Below the pieces are notes generated by a model. The model did no database searches. It had not been told where the DNA came from and saw only the letters and a list, made by a program, of their open reading frames with translations. Made by a program: the position numbers and the translations under genes. 64,000 nucleotides of DNA, from positions 3,197 to 67,196 of the forward strand of contig CAZPLB010000004.1 of NCBI GenBank assembly GCA_964587425.1. Reading direction: 5' to 3'. Source of the stretch: an uncultured Gammaproteobacteria bacterium. GTDB taxonomy: Bacteria > Patescibacteriota > Microgenomatia > UBA8517. This document shows, in pieces, positions 1-10,019 of this stretch; position 1 is the stretch's first letter, and each line of letters opens with the position of its first letter.

Positions 1-103
1 AATTAAAGCAGTAAAGAAAGTGATAGTTAGGTTGAAAGGTGACGAGAAAATTGATTTGTTTATCGAAGAGAAGAAAAAGACTAAAAAGAAAGGAAGCAAA
101 TGA
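1..103 (+). CDS. rplW: 50S ribosomal protein L23, C-terminal fragment (5' end outside window)
   Basis: The frame ending at the TGA at 101-103 translates to ...[31 protein letters not shown], which resembles an L23 C-terminus. It lies immediately upstream of L2 with an ATGA overlap, matching the canonical S10 operon order. Confidence 0.6.
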   Translation, partial: IKAVKKVIVRLKGDEKIDLFIEEKKKTKKKGSK

Positions 104-849
104 ATAGATTAAAAAGAATATTATCTAAAAAATCAGGACGATCAATGGGGCGAGTTACTGTTCGTCATCAAGGAGGACGTAACAAAAGGTACTTCCGTAT
201 TATTGATTTCAAAAGAGACAAGAAAGGTATCTCTGCTCGGGTTGAGGCAATTGAAGTTGATCCAAATCGAAATGCAAGAATTGCACTTGTAGTCTACACA
301 GATGGTGAAAGAAGATATATTTTGGCTCCACTTGGTTTGAAGGTTGGTGCAAAAGTTATTTCAGGAGATGAAGCTCCTTTGGAATTGGGGAACAGCTTAC
401 CACTTTCAAAAATTGCAATTGGAACACAGATTCACAATATTGAAATTAGGCCGGGAAGCGGAGGACGAATGGTTCGAGGGGCTGGGACTGCAGCTACAGT
501 ACAAGGAAGAGAAGAAAAGCATGTTTTGGTGAAGTTGACATCAGGTGAGGTTCGCAGATTTGATCCAGCTGCTATGGCAACAATTGGACAAGTGGGAAAT
601 TTCGAATTTTCAAGCATTCGTTTAAGGACTGCAGGACAAAGGCGCAGAATGGGAATACGACCAACGGTTCGAGGGGTAGCACAAAACCCACATTCACATC
701 CACATGGAGGAGGAGAAGGAAGAAGCTCAGTTGGACTTAAATATCCAAAAACTCCTTGGGGAAAGCCAGCTGTAGGGAAAACCAGGAAACATAAGAAATA
801 TTCTGATAAACTTGTGGTTTCCGGAAGGAAGAAAGGAAAGCATGTCTAG
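100..849 (+). CDS. rplB: 50S ribosomal protein L2
   Basis: The 249-aa translation ([40 protein letters not shown]...[10 protein letters not shown]) is an L2 hallmark sequence. Confidence 0.95.
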   Translation: MNRLKRILSKKSGRSMGRVTVRHQGGRNKRYFRIIDFKRDKKGISARVEAIEVDPNRNARIALVVYTDGERRYILAPLGLKVGAKVISGDEAPLELGNSLPLSKIAIGTQIHNIEIRPGSGGRMVRGAGTAATVQGREEKHVLVKLTSGEVRRFDPAAMATIGQVGNFEFSSIRLRTAGQRRRMGIRPTVRGVAQNPHSHPHGGGEGRSSVGLKYPKTPWGKPAVGKTRKHKKYSDKLVVSGRKKGKHV

Positions 850-1123
850 ATCAAGTAAAAAAGGACCATTTGTAGATGAACGCCTAGTAAAGAAGGTAAA
901 TGCTGGTATGGGTACAAAGGCAAATCCAGTTAAAACCTGGAGCAGAGCATGCCAAATTCCACCTGAGTTTGTAGGGAAATATTTCCAGGTTCACAATGGA
1001 AGAATTTTTGTTGAGGTTTTCGTTTCTGAGGATATGGTAGGGCACAGGCTTGGAGAATTTTCTCCAACCCGCACATTTAGGGGACACGGACAGATAGTCA
1101 AGAGAACAATGGATAAGACCTAA
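842..1123 (+). CDS. rpsS: 30S ribosomal protein S19
   Basis: [19 protein letters not shown]...[17 protein letters not shown] is a typical S19. The start was moved to the internal ATG at 842, which gives the conserved MSRS N-terminus. Confidence 0.93.
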   Translation: MSRSSKKGPFVDERLVKKVNAGMGTKANPVKTWSRACQIPPEFVGKYFQVHNGRIFVEVFVSEDMVGHRLGEFSPTRTFRGHGQIVKRTMDKT

Positions 1124-1136
1124 ACGGAAGGATTGT

Positions 1137-1574
1137 ATGGAATATATTTCAACACAAAAATATGTAAAGGTTAGCCCAAGAAAGGCTAGGGTTGTTGTTG
1201 CTGCACTTAAAGGACTTAGTCCTGAAAAGGCAGTTGAAGTTTTGCCATATGTGGCACAGAAATCTGCGGGGCCAATTATGAATGTTATAAAAACTGCAAT
1301 GGCAAATGCTCGAATGCAGGGAGAGAAAGTTGAAGATCTTGTATTTAAAGAAATTCAGATTACTGAGGGACCAAGATTAAAAAGAGGTATTGCAGTTTCA
1401 AGGGGACAATACCACGCTATCAAGAAAAGAATGAGTCATATACGAATAGTTTTGACTACAAAAAATGAAACCGCAAAAGTTAAAAAGGTAGAACAGACTG
1501 AAGTGATTGAGGCAAAACCAGTTGTTGAGGTAAAAAAGAAAAAGACTGTGTCTAAAAAGAAAGGAACTAAATAA
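1137..1574 (+). CDS. rplV: 50S ribosomal protein L22 with a Lys-rich C-terminal extension
   Basis: The translation MEYISTQKYVKVSPRKARVVVAALKGL...SRGQYHAIKKRMSHIRIVL matches L22. Its position after S19 also fits. Confidence 0.9.
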   Translation: MEYISTQKYVKVSPRKARVVVAALKGLSPEKAVEVLPYVAQKSAGPIMNVIKTAMANARMQGEKVEDLVFKEIQITEGPRLKRGIAVSRGQYHAIKKRMSHIRIVLTTKNETAKVKKVEQTEVIEAKPVVEVKKKKTVSKKKGTK

Positions 1575-1575
1575 A

Positions 1576-2223
1576 ATGGGACAAAAAGTTAACCCGGTTG
1601 GGTTTAGGACTGGAAGCTTTTTTGGATGGAAATCCAGATGGTTTGCAGATGACAAAGTATACAAAGAGTTTTTACTTGAGGACGTTAAAATTCGAAGAGT
1701 TTTGATGGAAAAATTGAAGCTTGCTGGAATCAATGAAATTGAGATTGAAAGATCTCCAAAGAGTATTGTTATTAATTTGAATGTATCAAGGCCTGGAGTT
1801 GTTATCGGACGTGGTGGAAGCGGAATAGAGGACGTGAAGAAAGAAGTGGTAGCAGTTATTAAGGAAGTTCGAGGAATAGTTCCAAATGTAAAAATTGATA
1901 TACATGTAATTGAACTTAAAAATCCGGAAATATCAGCACTCTTGGTTTTGAATAGAATTATTTCTGACATTGAAAGAAGGATGCCGCATAGACGCGTTAT
2001 TGCAAAGACAATTGAGCGGGTGATGCAATCTGGAGCAAAAGGGATTAAAATCACGCTCGCGGGGCGTATTAATGGAGCTGATATTGCAAGAGTTGAGAAT
2101 TATCATGAAGGATCTGTTCCTACACAGACATTGCGTGGAAATGTTGATTATGCGCAAAAGCCAGCACTCACAAAAAGAGGATATGTGGGAATTAAGGTCT
2201 GGATATATAAGGAGAATGAGTAA
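1576..2223 (+). CDS. rpsC: 30S ribosomal protein S3
   Basis: MGQKVNPVGFRTGSFFGWKSRWFA... includes the KH-like domain and VIGRGGSGIE, which together identify S3. Confidence 0.95.
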   Translation: MGQKVNPVGFRTGSFFGWKSRWFADDKVYKEFLLEDVKIRRVLMEKLKLAGINEIEIERSPKSIVINLNVSRPGVVIGRGGSGIEDVKKEVVAVIKEVRGIVPNVKIDIHVIELKNPEISALLVLNRIISDIERRMPHRRVIAKTIERVMQSGAKGIKITLAGRINGADIARVENYHEGSVPTQTLRGNVDYAQKPALTKRGYVGIKVWIYKENE

Positions 2224-2633
2224 TGTTGCAGCCAAAACGACGCAAATACAGAAAAGATTTTAGAGGCAGAAGAAAAGGTCTTTCTTTCCGAGGGGCTGAA
2301 GTATCTTTTGGAGAATTTGGATTGAAGGCACTAGGAAGAGGATGGATGTCGGCCGCACAGTTGGAGGCAGCAAGACGGGCCGTTACAAATGATTTGAAGA
2401 GAAAAGGAAGAGTTTGGTTGAGGGTCTTTCCAGACAAGCCAGTGACGAGCCGTCCAGCGGGGCAGAGAATGGGAAGCGGTAAGGGAGACATTGATAGATA
2501 TGTGGTAGTCGTGACGCCAGGACGCATAATTTTGGAGATAGCTGGAGTAGATAAAATTATGGCACTTGATGCGATGAGGAAGGCCTCGGCAAAATTGCCT
2601 TTCAAGACAAGAGTTGTAGTTAAAGGAGAATAA
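2223..2633 (+). CDS. rplP: 50S ribosomal protein L16
   Basis: MLQPKRRKYRKDFRGRRKG...AARRAVTN is an L16 signature. The start overlaps the rpsC stop (ATGA). Confidence 0.95.
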   Translation: MLQPKRRKYRKDFRGRRKGLSFRGAEVSFGEFGLKALGRGWMSAAQLEAARRAVTNDLKRKGRVWLRVFPDKPVTSRPAGQRMGSGKGDIDRYVVVVTPGRIILEIAGVDKIMALDAMRKASAKLPFKTRVVVKGE

Positions 2634-2670
2634 GCAGAGCTTGTGATTTGAAGATCTAAATTAAAAATAT

Positions 2671-2808
2671 ATGTCAGATTTATTGGAATTACAAAAAAAG
2701 TTAGCAACAGTTAAGGCTCAAATAATTTTGGGCAAGGAAAAGGATTTGACTGCTGCAAGAAAGATTAGACGCGAGATTGCAAGGTTGAAGGGAGGGAAAA
2801 CACAATGA
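2671..2808 (+). CDS. rpmC: 50S ribosomal protein L29 (45 aa; below the ORF-track length cutoff)
   Basis: A manual translation starting at ATG 2671 gives MSDLLELQKKLATVKAQIILGKEKDLTAARKIRREIARLKGGKTQ*. This is an L29-like helical protein in the expected slot between L16 and S17. Its stop overlaps the rpsQ start. Confidence 0.7.
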   Translation: MSDLLELQKKLATVKAQIILGKEKDLTAARKIRREIARLKGGKTQ

Positions 2809-3047
2809 AGATTTTTACAGGACAAGTAGTTTCTACAAAAATGGCTAAAACAGCAACGGTTTCTGTTGAAAGAATTGTTACCCACAAGCTTTACAAAAAA
2901 AGATTGAAGAGGGTGAGACTATATCATGTTCATGATGAGGCTGGAGCGAAAGTTGGCGACACGGTGAAGTTTGCTGCAAGCAAACCATACAGCAAGACAG
3001 TAAAATGGGCAATGGTTGAAGCGAAGAAAGGAAAAACTAGCAAATGA
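2805..3047 (+). CDS. rpsQ: 30S ribosomal protein S17
   Basis: MKIFTGQVVSTKMAKTATVSVERIVTHKLYKKRLKRVRLYHVHDE is a typical S17. Confidence 0.93.
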   Translation: MKIFTGQVVSTKMAKTATVSVERIVTHKLYKKRLKRVRLYHVHDEAGAKVGDTVKFAASKPYSKTVKWAMVEAKKGKTSK

Positions 3048-3409
3048 TACAACTAAGAAGTGTTTTGAAACCAGCTGATAATTCAGGAGCAAAACTTTTG
3101 ATGGTGATGGGGATATCAACGAGAATTGGAGTAAAGGCAGGACTTGGAAAAGTTGTGAAGTGTGTTGTTCATGGAGCTAGTCCAACAGGCGGAGTAGCTG
3201 ACAAGGAAAAAGTTGATGTAGTTATAGTTCGAACACGAAAAGAGACAAGAAGGAAGGACGGAACATATGTTAGGTTTGATGATAATGCTGGGGTAGTTAT
3301 TGACAAGCAAGGGTTGCCTCGCGGAACGAGAGTTTTGGGACCAGTTGCCCGTGAAGTCAAAGAAGCTGGATTTACAAAGATTACATCACTAGCAGGAGAG
3401 GTTATTTAA
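3044..3409 (+). CDS. rplN: 50S ribosomal protein L14
   Basis: MIQLRSVLKPADNSGAKLLMVMGI...GTRVLGPVAREV is a typical L14. Confidence 0.95.
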   Translation: MIQLRSVLKPADNSGAKLLMVMGISTRIGVKAGLGKVVKCVVHGASPTGGVADKEKVDVVIVRTRKETRRKDGTYVRFDDNAGVVIDKQGLPRGTRVLGPVAREVKEAGFTKITSLAGEVI

Positions 3410-3410
3410 T

Positions 3411-3767
3411 ATGCTGAAATTTAAAATTGGAGATACAGTAAAAGTAACACTTGGGAAAGATAAAACTCGCGAGGGAAAAATTGAAAAGATTTTTCCAAAA
3501 GAGGGAACCGTCTTTATTCCTGGAATTAATGTTTACAAAAAACATGTGAAGCCAGCATACACAGTTGATGGTAAGGGTGGAATTTTTGAACTATCAAGAC
3601 CTATCGCATATTCGAAAATTGCACTGATTTGTCCAAACTGTAAAAAACAAACCAGGGTTGGATTTAAAATTGATGAGAAGGGTAAAAAGATTAGGGTGTG
3701 CCGCAAATGTGGAAAAGAAATTGGAAAAGTTAAATTGAGTTTGCCCAAGAAAGAGAGTAAAAAATGA
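3411..3767 (+). CDS. rplX: 50S ribosomal protein L24 with a C-terminal Cys4 zinc-ribbon extension
   Basis: The N-terminal half has a KOW domain (KIGDTVKVTLGKDKTREGKIEKI...). The C-terminal half carries CPNC...x17...CRKC, which is unusual for bacterial L24. Confidence 0.88.
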   Translation: MLKFKIGDTVKVTLGKDKTREGKIEKIFPKEGTVFIPGINVYKKHVKPAYTVDGKGGIFELSRPIAYSKIALICPNCKKQTRVGFKIDEKGKKIRVCRKCGKEIGKVKLSLPKKESKK

Positions 3768-4321
3768 GTTTATTTGAAAAGTACAAAAAAGAAGTAGCAC
3801 CGGCACTTGCCGAAGAATTTGGTATTAAGAATGTTATGGCCATTCCTAGGATAACAAAGATTGTTGTTAATACTGGAACTGGAGAGGCTTTGAAGAATAA
3901 AGAATTGTCTGGTAAAATTGCGGACGACCTTGCGCAAATTACTGGACAGAAGGCTAAGATTACAAAAGCAAAACTATCTATAGCTGGATTTAACATAAGG
4001 TCTGGAATGAATGTTGGAATGGTAGTTACTTTGAGAGGCGTACGAATGTATGACTTTTTGAATAAGCTAACTGCCATTACTCTTCCTCGATTGAGGGACT
4101 TTAGAGGAGTACCTGTCGGGAGTTTTGATAAGAGCGGAAATTATACTTTGGGAATTGTTGAACACACAGTATTTACTGAGATTGATTTATCAAAGGTAGA
4201 TAAGCCAAGAGGAATGCAGATTACAATTGTTATGAATACAGGAAACCCTGAGATATCAAAACGATTACTAACTTTACTTGGTATGCCTTTTGAAAAGACA
4301 GAAGAGAAAGGAAGCAAATGA
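3764..4321 (+). CDS. rplE: 50S ribosomal protein L5
   Basis: [41 protein letters not shown] is a typical L5. Confidence 0.95.
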   Translation: MSLFEKYKKEVAPALAEEFGIKNVMAIPRITKIVVNTGTGEALKNKELSGKIADDLAQITGQKAKITKAKLSIAGFNIRSGMNVGMVVTLRGVRMYDFLNKLTAITLPRLRDFRGVPVGSFDKSGNYTLGIVEHTVFTEIDLSKVDKPRGMQITIVMNTGNPEISKRLLTLLGMPFEKTEEKGSK

Positions 4322-4503
4322 GTACAACAGCAAAAGAAGTAAGAGAGAGCAAAAAGTTAGCATATGAAGCAAGGTATCGAAATCGATGCAAGCTTTGCGG
4401 TAGGTCAAGAAGCTACATGGGAAGATTTGGGATTTGCAGATTATGCTTTAGGGAGCTAGCCAATAAAGGCGAGATTCCTGGAGTAAGAAAGGCAAGCTGG
4501 TAA
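4318..4503 (+). CDS. rpsN: 30S ribosomal protein S14, zinc-binding type Z
   Basis: The 61-aa translation contains [23 protein letters not shown], a CxxC...CxxC motif typical of S14 type Z. Confidence 0.9.
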   Translation: MSTTAKEVRESKKLAYEARYRNRCKLCGRSRSYMGRFGICRLCFRELANKGEIPGVRKASW

Positions 4504-4511
4504 ATAAATAT

Positions 4512-4892
4512 ATGACAAACTATTCAATTGGAGACTTTTTAACAAGAATTAAAAACGCAGCTATGGCAAAACGCGTGGAGGTTGTTGTGAAAAAAACAAA
4601 ACTTGCCTATGCAGTTTCATTGGTTTTGAAAAAGGAAGGATTTTTGAGGGATGTTGAAGTAGTTGAAGGTGATTTAAAAGTAAGTTTGGCATATTCTCAC
4701 AAAGAACCAGTTCTAATGGGACTTAAACTTGTTTCAAAACCAGGTTTGAGAGTGTACAAAGGAGTCGATCAAATGGGAAAGAGAAGAATATTGTCGTCAA
4801 TATTGATCGTTTCTACTCCAAAGGGAGTGGTTTCATCTAAAGAAGCAATTAAATTGGGTACAGGGGGAGAAGTTATAGTGGAGGTTTGGTAA
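4512..4892 (+). CDS. rpsH: 30S ribosomal protein S8
   Basis: MTNYSIGDFLTRIKNAAMAKRVEVVV is a typical S8. Confidence 0.93.
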   Translation: MTNYSIGDFLTRIKNAAMAKRVEVVVKKTKLAYAVSLVLKKEGFLRDVEVVEGDLKVSLAYSHKEPVLMGLKLVSKPGLRVYKGVDQMGKRRILSSILIVSTPKGVVSSKEAIKLGTGGEVIVEVW

Positions 4893-4905
4893 AAAGGAAT
4901 TTATT

Positions 4906-5436
4906 ATGAGCAGATTTGGAAAATTACCAGTAACAGTTTTAGAGGGAGTAACAGTAGGCATTTCAGACAATGTTTTGAAAGTGTCTGGGCCAAAGGGTGC
5001 GATTGAAAAGAACATGCCACGTGAGGTTAGCATTAAAGTTGCTGACGGCATTGCCAATGTTGAATCAAAGTCTGAGACCATGAGAGGAACTTTTAGATCT
5101 CATTTGGTTAACATGATTAAAGGAGTGAAAGAAGGATGGACAAAAAGTTTGGAATTAGTTGGGACTGGATACAGGGCAGAAGTCAGGGGCACTGATTTAG
5201 TTTTGACAGTTGGATATTCACATCCAGTAATTGTGAAGGCACCGGCTGGGATAACCTTTAGTGTAGAGAAATCTATCGTAAAAGTTGAAGGGGCTGATAA
5301 AGAAGAAGTAGGACAGACGTCAGCTTATATAATGTCAGTTCGAAGGCCAGATGCATACAAAGGAAAAGGGATTAGACTTGAGGGTCAAGTCTTGAAATTA
5401 AAGCCAGGAAAGCAGGCAGCAAAGACAACAGTATGA
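4906..5436 (+). CDS. rplF: 50S ribosomal protein L6
   Basis: MSRFGKLPVTVLEGVTVGISDNVLKVSGPKG is a typical L6. Confidence 0.93.
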   Translation: MSRFGKLPVTVLEGVTVGISDNVLKVSGPKGAIEKNMPREVSIKVADGIANVESKSETMRGTFRSHLVNMIKGVKEGWTKSLELVGTGYRAEVRGTDLVLTVGYSHPVIVKAPAGITFSVEKSIVKVEGADKEEVGQTSAYIMSVRRPDAYKGKGIRLEGQVLKLKPGKQAAKTTV

Positions 5437-5741
5437 TGAAAAGCGGAATTTTGAGAAGAAAGAAAAGAATTAGGGCAAAGGTTTCTGGAACTACAGCGAG
5501 GCCTAGGATTTCTGTGTATAAATCAAATAAATTTATATATGCACAAGTTATTGATGACACCAAGAGTCAGACATTGGTTGCGGGATATGGAAAGAAAGCT
5601 GCAGAAGTTGGGAAAAAAGTTGGAGAGACGATGATTAAGGCAAAAATTAAATTGGGAGTTTTTGATAGAGGTGGATATAAATATCATGGAAACATTAAGA
5701 TATTAGCTGATGCTATCCGAAAAGAAGGGGTTGAATTCTAA
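5433..5741 (+). CDS. rplR: 50S ribosomal protein L18
   Basis: ...RKKRIRAKVSGTTARPRISVYKSNKFIYAQVIDD... is a typical L18. Confidence 0.9.
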   Translation: MMKSGILRRKKRIRAKVSGTTARPRISVYKSNKFIYAQVIDDTKSQTLVAGYGKKAAEVGKKVGETMIKAKIKLGVFDRGGYKYHGNIKILADAIRKEGVEF

Positions 5742-6211
5742 TGAGACAAAATTTTGAAGTTCAAAAAGAGTTTAGTGAGAAGGTTGTTCAAATCAACAGA
5801 ATTTCGAAGAAGACAAAAGGTGGAAATCAAATGAGATTTGCTGCTCTTGTAGTTGTTGGTAATCAGAAAGGGAAAGTTGGAGTTGGAACAGCCAAGGCAA
5901 AAGATGTGAGGCGTGCAATTCAAAAAGCAATTTCTGCTGCAAAGCGAAAGATGATTGTAGTTCCTCTTCGAGGTACAACAATTCCAACTGGAGTAAAGCA
6001 AAAATATGGGGCTGCAAGAGTTATGTTGAAGCCAGCAACAGCTGGAACTGGAATTATTGCAGGAGGAGCTCTTCGAGTAGTATTGGAGGCAGCTGGAGTA
6101 CGAGACGTTGTTGGAAAGATTATGGGAACAAAGAATAAAATCTCAAATGTTTATGCGACAATTGAGGCTTTATCGACAATTAGTGCAAAGGAAGGAAAAG
6201 TACAAAAATGA
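5741..6211 (+). CDS. rpsE: 30S ribosomal protein S5
   Basis: ...VVQINRISKKTKGGNQMRFAALVVVGNQKGKVGVGTAKAKDVRRAIQKA is a typical S5. Its stop overlaps the rplO start, so no L30 gene intervenes. Confidence 0.95.
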   Translation: MRQNFEVQKEFSEKVVQINRISKKTKGGNQMRFAALVVVGNQKGKVGVGTAKAKDVRRAIQKAISAAKRKMIVVPLRGTTIPTGVKQKYGAARVMLKPATAGTGIIAGGALRVVLEAAGVRDVVGKIMGTKNKISNVYATIEALSTISAKEGKVQK

Positions 6212-6615
6212 GTGAATTACCAAAAGTAGTTGCCAAAAGAATGAAGAGATTAGGACGCGGTCCTGGAAGCGGCAAAGGAAGACATACTGTTGGGCGCGGT
6301 CAGAAGGGACAAAAAACAAGAAGAAGTATTGGAGTTTTGTTTGAAGGATACAAAGTCAAAAAATCTCTTTTCAAAAGACTTCCTATGCAAAGGGGAAGAA
6401 GTAAATTCAAGGCATATGGCAAGCCAGTTACAGTAAGACTTGATGCATTGAACGTCTTGAAGGATGGGACAATTGTTGATTTGGAAGTCTTAATTAAAAA
6501 TGGATTAGTTGGTGAGCGGGAAGCTCGAAAATACGGCGTAAAAATTTTATCTGGCGGGAAGCTTACCAAAAAGCTTGAGATTAAAGTACCCGTTTCTGGT
6601 AAAATCAGTGTCTAA
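6208..6615 (+). CDS. rplO: 50S ribosomal protein L15
   Basis: [39 protein letters not shown] is a typical L15. Confidence 0.9.
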   Translation: MSELPKVVAKRMKRLGRGPGSGKGRHTVGRGQKGQKTRRSIGVLFEGYKVKKSLFKRLPMQRGRSKFKAYGKPVTVRLDALNVLKDGTIVDLEVLIKNGLVGEREARKYGVKILSGGKLTKKLEIKVPVSGKISV

Positions 6616-7868
6616 TGCTAAATAGCACAATCAGGAAGAAGATATTGATTACAGCTCTCGTTCTTGTAGTCTTCAGGCTTATTTCCCATATTCCAGTTGC
6701 AGGAGTTGACCGCGGCGCCTTGCAGGCTTTGTTTTCGGGGAGTCCGATTCTTTCTATTCTCGACTTTTTTTCTGGAGGAACTCTTGCCAATTTTTCAATA
6801 CTAGCACTTGGACTTAACCCTTACATTAATGCTTCCATAGTTTTACAACTCTTGGGGTTTGTCATTCCAGCCTTGGAGGAATTGCAGGAGGAGGGGGAAT
6901 TGGGACAGGAAAAGATTAACCAGTACACAAGATTTTTGACTGTACCTCTAGCCGCATTTCAGGCCATCGGAATATATTTCTTGCTAAGAAGCCGTGGGCT
7001 TGTTGGCGACTTTACCCCCTTTCATTTGGTTGCATTTATCATAACCATGGTAACTGGAACAATGATTGCTCTTTGGCTTGGGGAACTTATAACTGAGTTT
7101 GGAGTGACAAATGGAATTTCATTCCTTATTTTTGCTGGAATAGTATCAAGGATTCCAGTTTCTTTGGGGAAAATTGGCGACACATTAGGATCACAGGATT
7201 TGACTAAAATTGGCGCATTTCTTGCAGTATCTCTTGCCATCATTGTACTTGTTGTTTTCATTAGCGAAGCGGTACGCAAGATTCCAATTAAATATGCAAG
7301 ACGCGGAGGAGGAGCAAGCCCTATTGCAACGTATCTTCCACTTCAACTTAATCAAGCTGGAGTAATCCCGATTATATTTGCGGTATCTCTTGTTCTTTTT
7401 CCATCTTTAGTTGCACAGTTTGCAGGGAGTGCGGCGGGTGGTGAAGTTGCCCGAATTGCCGGGCAAATTGTTGCTGTCATGAATCCTCAGACATTTGTAT
7501 ACAATGCGACATACTTTCTTTTAGTTGTTGGGTTCACGTATTTCTATACTACAGTTGTAGCTAACCCTGAAAAAATATCAGAGCGCTTACAGAAAAAGGG
7601 AGCTTTTATTCCAGGGAAGCGACCCGGTGTTGAAACCAAAAAATACCTTTCATATGTTTTGACTCGCGTTACTTTGGTTGGAGCAGTGTTTTTGGGAATG
7701 ATTGCGGTACTTCCCTCTATAATTCAAAACTTAATTGGTGTTCAGAATTTAGTTATTGGAGGAACCGGGGTTTTAATTGTGGTTTCAGTTGTTCTCGAAA
7801 TGACAAGAGGACTTCAAGCACAGGTATCTACAAAGCAGTATGGAAAATTTGTGGAGGCAACCAGATGA
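6615..7868 (+). CDS. secY: preprotein translocase subunit SecY
   Basis: The 417-aa polytopic membrane protein ([32 protein letters not shown]...) follows L15 in conserved order. Confidence 0.95.
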   Translation: MLNSTIRKKILITALVLVVFRLISHIPVAGVDRGALQALFSGSPILSILDFFSGGTLANFSILALGLNPYINASIVLQLLGFVIPALEELQEEGELGQEKINQYTRFLTVPLAAFQAIGIYFLLRSRGLVGDFTPFHLVAFIITMVTGTMIALWLGELITEFGVTNGISFLIFAGIVSRIPVSLGKIGDTLGSQDLTKIGAFLAVSLAIIVLVVFISEAVRKIPIKYARRGGGASPIATYLPLQLNQAGVIPIIFAVSLVLFPSLVAQFAGSAAGGEVARIAGQIVAVMNPQTFVYNATYFLLVVGFTYFYTTVVANPEKISERLQKKGAFIPGKRPGVETKKYLSYVLTRVTLVGAVFLGMIAVLPSIIQNLIGVQNLVIGGTGVLIVVSVVLEMTRGLQAQVSTKQYGKFVEATR

Positions 7869-8503
7869 TTATTTTAATGTTGGGGCCACAGGGAAGCGGC
7901 AAGGGAACACAAGCAAGGCTTCTTTCTACAAAGTTTAACCTTTTTTATTTTGAGAATGGGGCATTCTTAAGGGATTTGGCAAAAACAAATGAGACTGTAA
8001 AAAAGACCATGGCTGAGGGGAAATTGGTTCCAAACGAGGAAATGTCGTCATATATCCAGGCATTTTTTGATGAGAAAGGAATATGGAATGACATTATATT
8101 TGATGGGTTTCCTAGGACTCTGGAACAATATCAATTTTTTAAAGGTTGGCTTAAAGAAAAGCAGGTAAGTTTGGATTTGGCAATTGTACTTACAATTAGT
8201 GAGGAGACTACAGTTAGTAGGCTTTCAGCAAGGAGGCAAGACCCTGAAACTGGAAAAATATACAACTTGATTACTGATTTACCGCCTGCGGATATTGATA
8301 AAGATAAATTGATTCAGAGGGAGGATGACAAACCTGAAGCAATTAGGAAAAGGTTAGATATATACAAAAGCATGACTCTTCCTTTGGTTAATGCGTTGAA
8401 GGATGAGACTATGGTTGTTGAAATTGATGGAGAGAAGTCTATCGATGAAATTCAGGATGAGATTGTAGTAGCAGTGGAGGGCATTAAAAATGGCAAGAGA
8501 TAG
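7865..8503 (+). CDS. adk: adenylate kinase, short lid without Zn cysteines
   Basis: The P-loop [11 protein letters not shown] and the context after secY identify adk. Confidence 0.9.
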   Translation: MIILMLGPQGSGKGTQARLLSTKFNLFYFENGAFLRDLAKTNETVKKTMAEGKLVPNEEMSSYIQAFFDEKGIWNDIIFDGFPRTLEQYQFFKGWLKEKQVSLDLAIVLTISEETTVSRLSARRQDPETGKIYNLITDLPPADIDKDKLIQREDDKPEAIRKRLDIYKSMTLPLVNALKDETMVVEIDGEKSIDEIQDEIVVAVEGIKNGKR

Positions 8504-9263
8504 CATGAAGGATGATGTATCCATTAAGACTGAAGCCGAAATGGAGATCATGGGTGAGGGTGGCAAGAAACTGGCAAGAGTTAAAAAGGCGTTAGGGAAG
8601 GCAGTAAAGGTTGGGGTTAGTGCAATTGAGATTGAGAAATTGGCAGTCAAACTTATCGAAGAGGAGGGAGCTGAGGCTTCTTTTAAAAAAGTTCCAGGAT
8701 ATAGTTGGGCAACCTGCGTTAATGTAAATGATGGAGTGGTTCATGGAATTCCCAAAAAAGAGACTATTTTCAAGGAGGGTGATGTCATTAGCGTTGACGT
8801 TGGTGTTTTTTACAAGGGATACCACACTGATACAGCGTTGACGGTATATCTTGGGGAAGATCAGGAGGTTAAGGATTTTGTTGAAGCTGGGAGAAAGGCA
8901 ATGTGGGATGGAGTACATGCAGTAAAAAGAGGGGCTACTATAGCTGATATTTCAAAATCTATTGAAAAAAGGCTTATAATGAATGAGATCACACCTGTTT
9001 GGTCTTTGACCGGGCATGGGGTGGGGAAGGAACTGCACGAGGCTCCCTATATCCCCTGTTTTGTGTCTGATGATCCGTCCCAAAAGATACGAATTAAGGA
9101 GGGTTTTGTCTTGGCGGTTGAGGTTATGTTTACAAGAGGAAACGGGCAGATACGACTCGAAAAAGACGGTTGGACAATACGCACGAAAGATGGTAAAATA
9201 TCAGCACTTTTCGAAGAGACTGTTATGGTCACTAAAAGTGGCCCTAAAGTTATAACTGCTTGA
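8490..9263 (+). CDS. map: methionine aminopeptidase type I
   Basis: Pita-bread fold motifs are present: ...GVVHGIP...DVISVDVGV...GYHTD...GHGVGKELHE. Confidence 0.9.
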   Translation: MARDSMKDDVSIKTEAEMEIMGEGGKKLARVKKALGKAVKVGVSAIEIEKLAVKLIEEEGAEASFKKVPGYSWATCVNVNDGVVHGIPKKETIFKEGDVISVDVGVFYKGYHTDTALTVYLGEDQEVKDFVEAGRKAMWDGVHAVKRGATIADISKSIEKRLIMNEITPVWSLTGHGVGKELHEAPYIPCFVSDDPSQKIRIKEGFVLAVEVMFTRGNGQIRLEKDGWTIRTKDGKISALFEETVMVTKSGPKVITA

Positions 9264-9484
9264 AGGATATGAAGGTAAGTAAGAATCAATTTTTTGAAGG
9301 GGAAGTGAGAGAGAGTCTGCCAAATACTATGTTTCGTGTTAGTCTGGCGGATGGGAGGCTCATTTTAACAACATTGACTGGGAAGATGAGAAGGAATTTT
9401 TCAAGAGTTTTCCCTGGCGACAGGGTTAGGGTTGAGATGACGCCGTATGACACAAATCGTGGAAGAATTGTTGCCAAGTTTTAA
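9260..9484 (+). CDS. infA: translation initiation factor IF-1
   Basis: An S1-like fold is evident in ...FEGEVRESLPNTMFRVSLADGRLILTTLTGKMRRNFSRVFPGDRVRVEMTPYD. Confidence 0.9.
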   Translation: MKDMKVSKNQFFEGEVRESLPNTMFRVSLADGRLILTTLTGKMRRNFSRVFPGDRVRVEMTPYDTNRGRIVAKF

Positions 9485-9493
9485 TTAAATTAT

Positions 9494-9607
9494 ATGAAAG
9501 TACAATCGTCAGTTAAAAAGGTGTGTAGAGATTGCAAAGTGGTTCGCAGGAAGGGAGTTTTGTATGTCGTGTGCAAGAACCCTAAGCACAAACAAAGACA
9601 AGGATAA
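9494..9607 (+). CDS. rpmJ: 50S ribosomal protein L36 (37 aa; below the ORF-track cutoff)
   Basis: A manual translation gives [37 protein letters not shown]. This is a C-x2-C...C...H zinc ribbon and the canonical L36 sequence, lying between infA and rpsM. Confidence 0.85.
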   Translation: MKVQSSVKKVCRDCKVVRRKGVLYVVCKNPKHKQRQG

Positions 9608-9610
9608 AAT

Positions 9611-10012
9611 ATGGCAAGATTATCAGGAGTTGAATTATCAGACAATTGGAAAGTAGATTATGCCTTAACCCGCATCAAGGGGATTGGGTGGAAAAAGGCT
9701 ATGGCAATACTTTCTGAACTTAAGATGGAAAGCAGTAAGCGTGTGAAGGATTTGACTGGTGAGGAGTTGGCTAAAATTACTGCCAAGGCTGAAGAATCGC
9801 CAATTGAAGGGGAACTTGTACGCAAGGTCAGGGGAGACATACAGAGATTAAGAAACATCGGGTCGTATAGAGGGGTCAGACACGGTAGAGGGCTTCCTGT
9901 AAGGGGACAGAGGACTAGAACTAACGCCCGCACTAAGCGTGGTAAGAGAAAGACAGTTGGAGCCTTTAAGAAAGAAGTTTTGACAAAGATGACACAGACT
10001 GAGACTAAATAA
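9611..10012 (+). CDS. rpsM: 30S ribosomal protein S13
   Basis: MARLSGVELSDNWKVDYALTRIKGIGWKKA is a typical S13. Confidence 0.95.
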   Translation: MARLSGVELSDNWKVDYALTRIKGIGWKKAMAILSELKMESSKRVKDLTGEELAKITAKAEESPIEGELVRKVRGDIQRLRNIGSYRGVRHGRGLPVRGQRTRTNARTKRGKRKTVGAFKKEVLTKMTQTETK

Positions 10013-10019
10013 ATATAAA

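Noticed and set aside
1398-2707. Long antisense ORFs (1398..2054 -, 1933..2235 -, 2192..2707 -) over the L22/S3/L16 genes
   Set aside because: They overlap unambiguous ribosomal protein genes on the plus strand, and their translations are low-complexity or hydrophobic.
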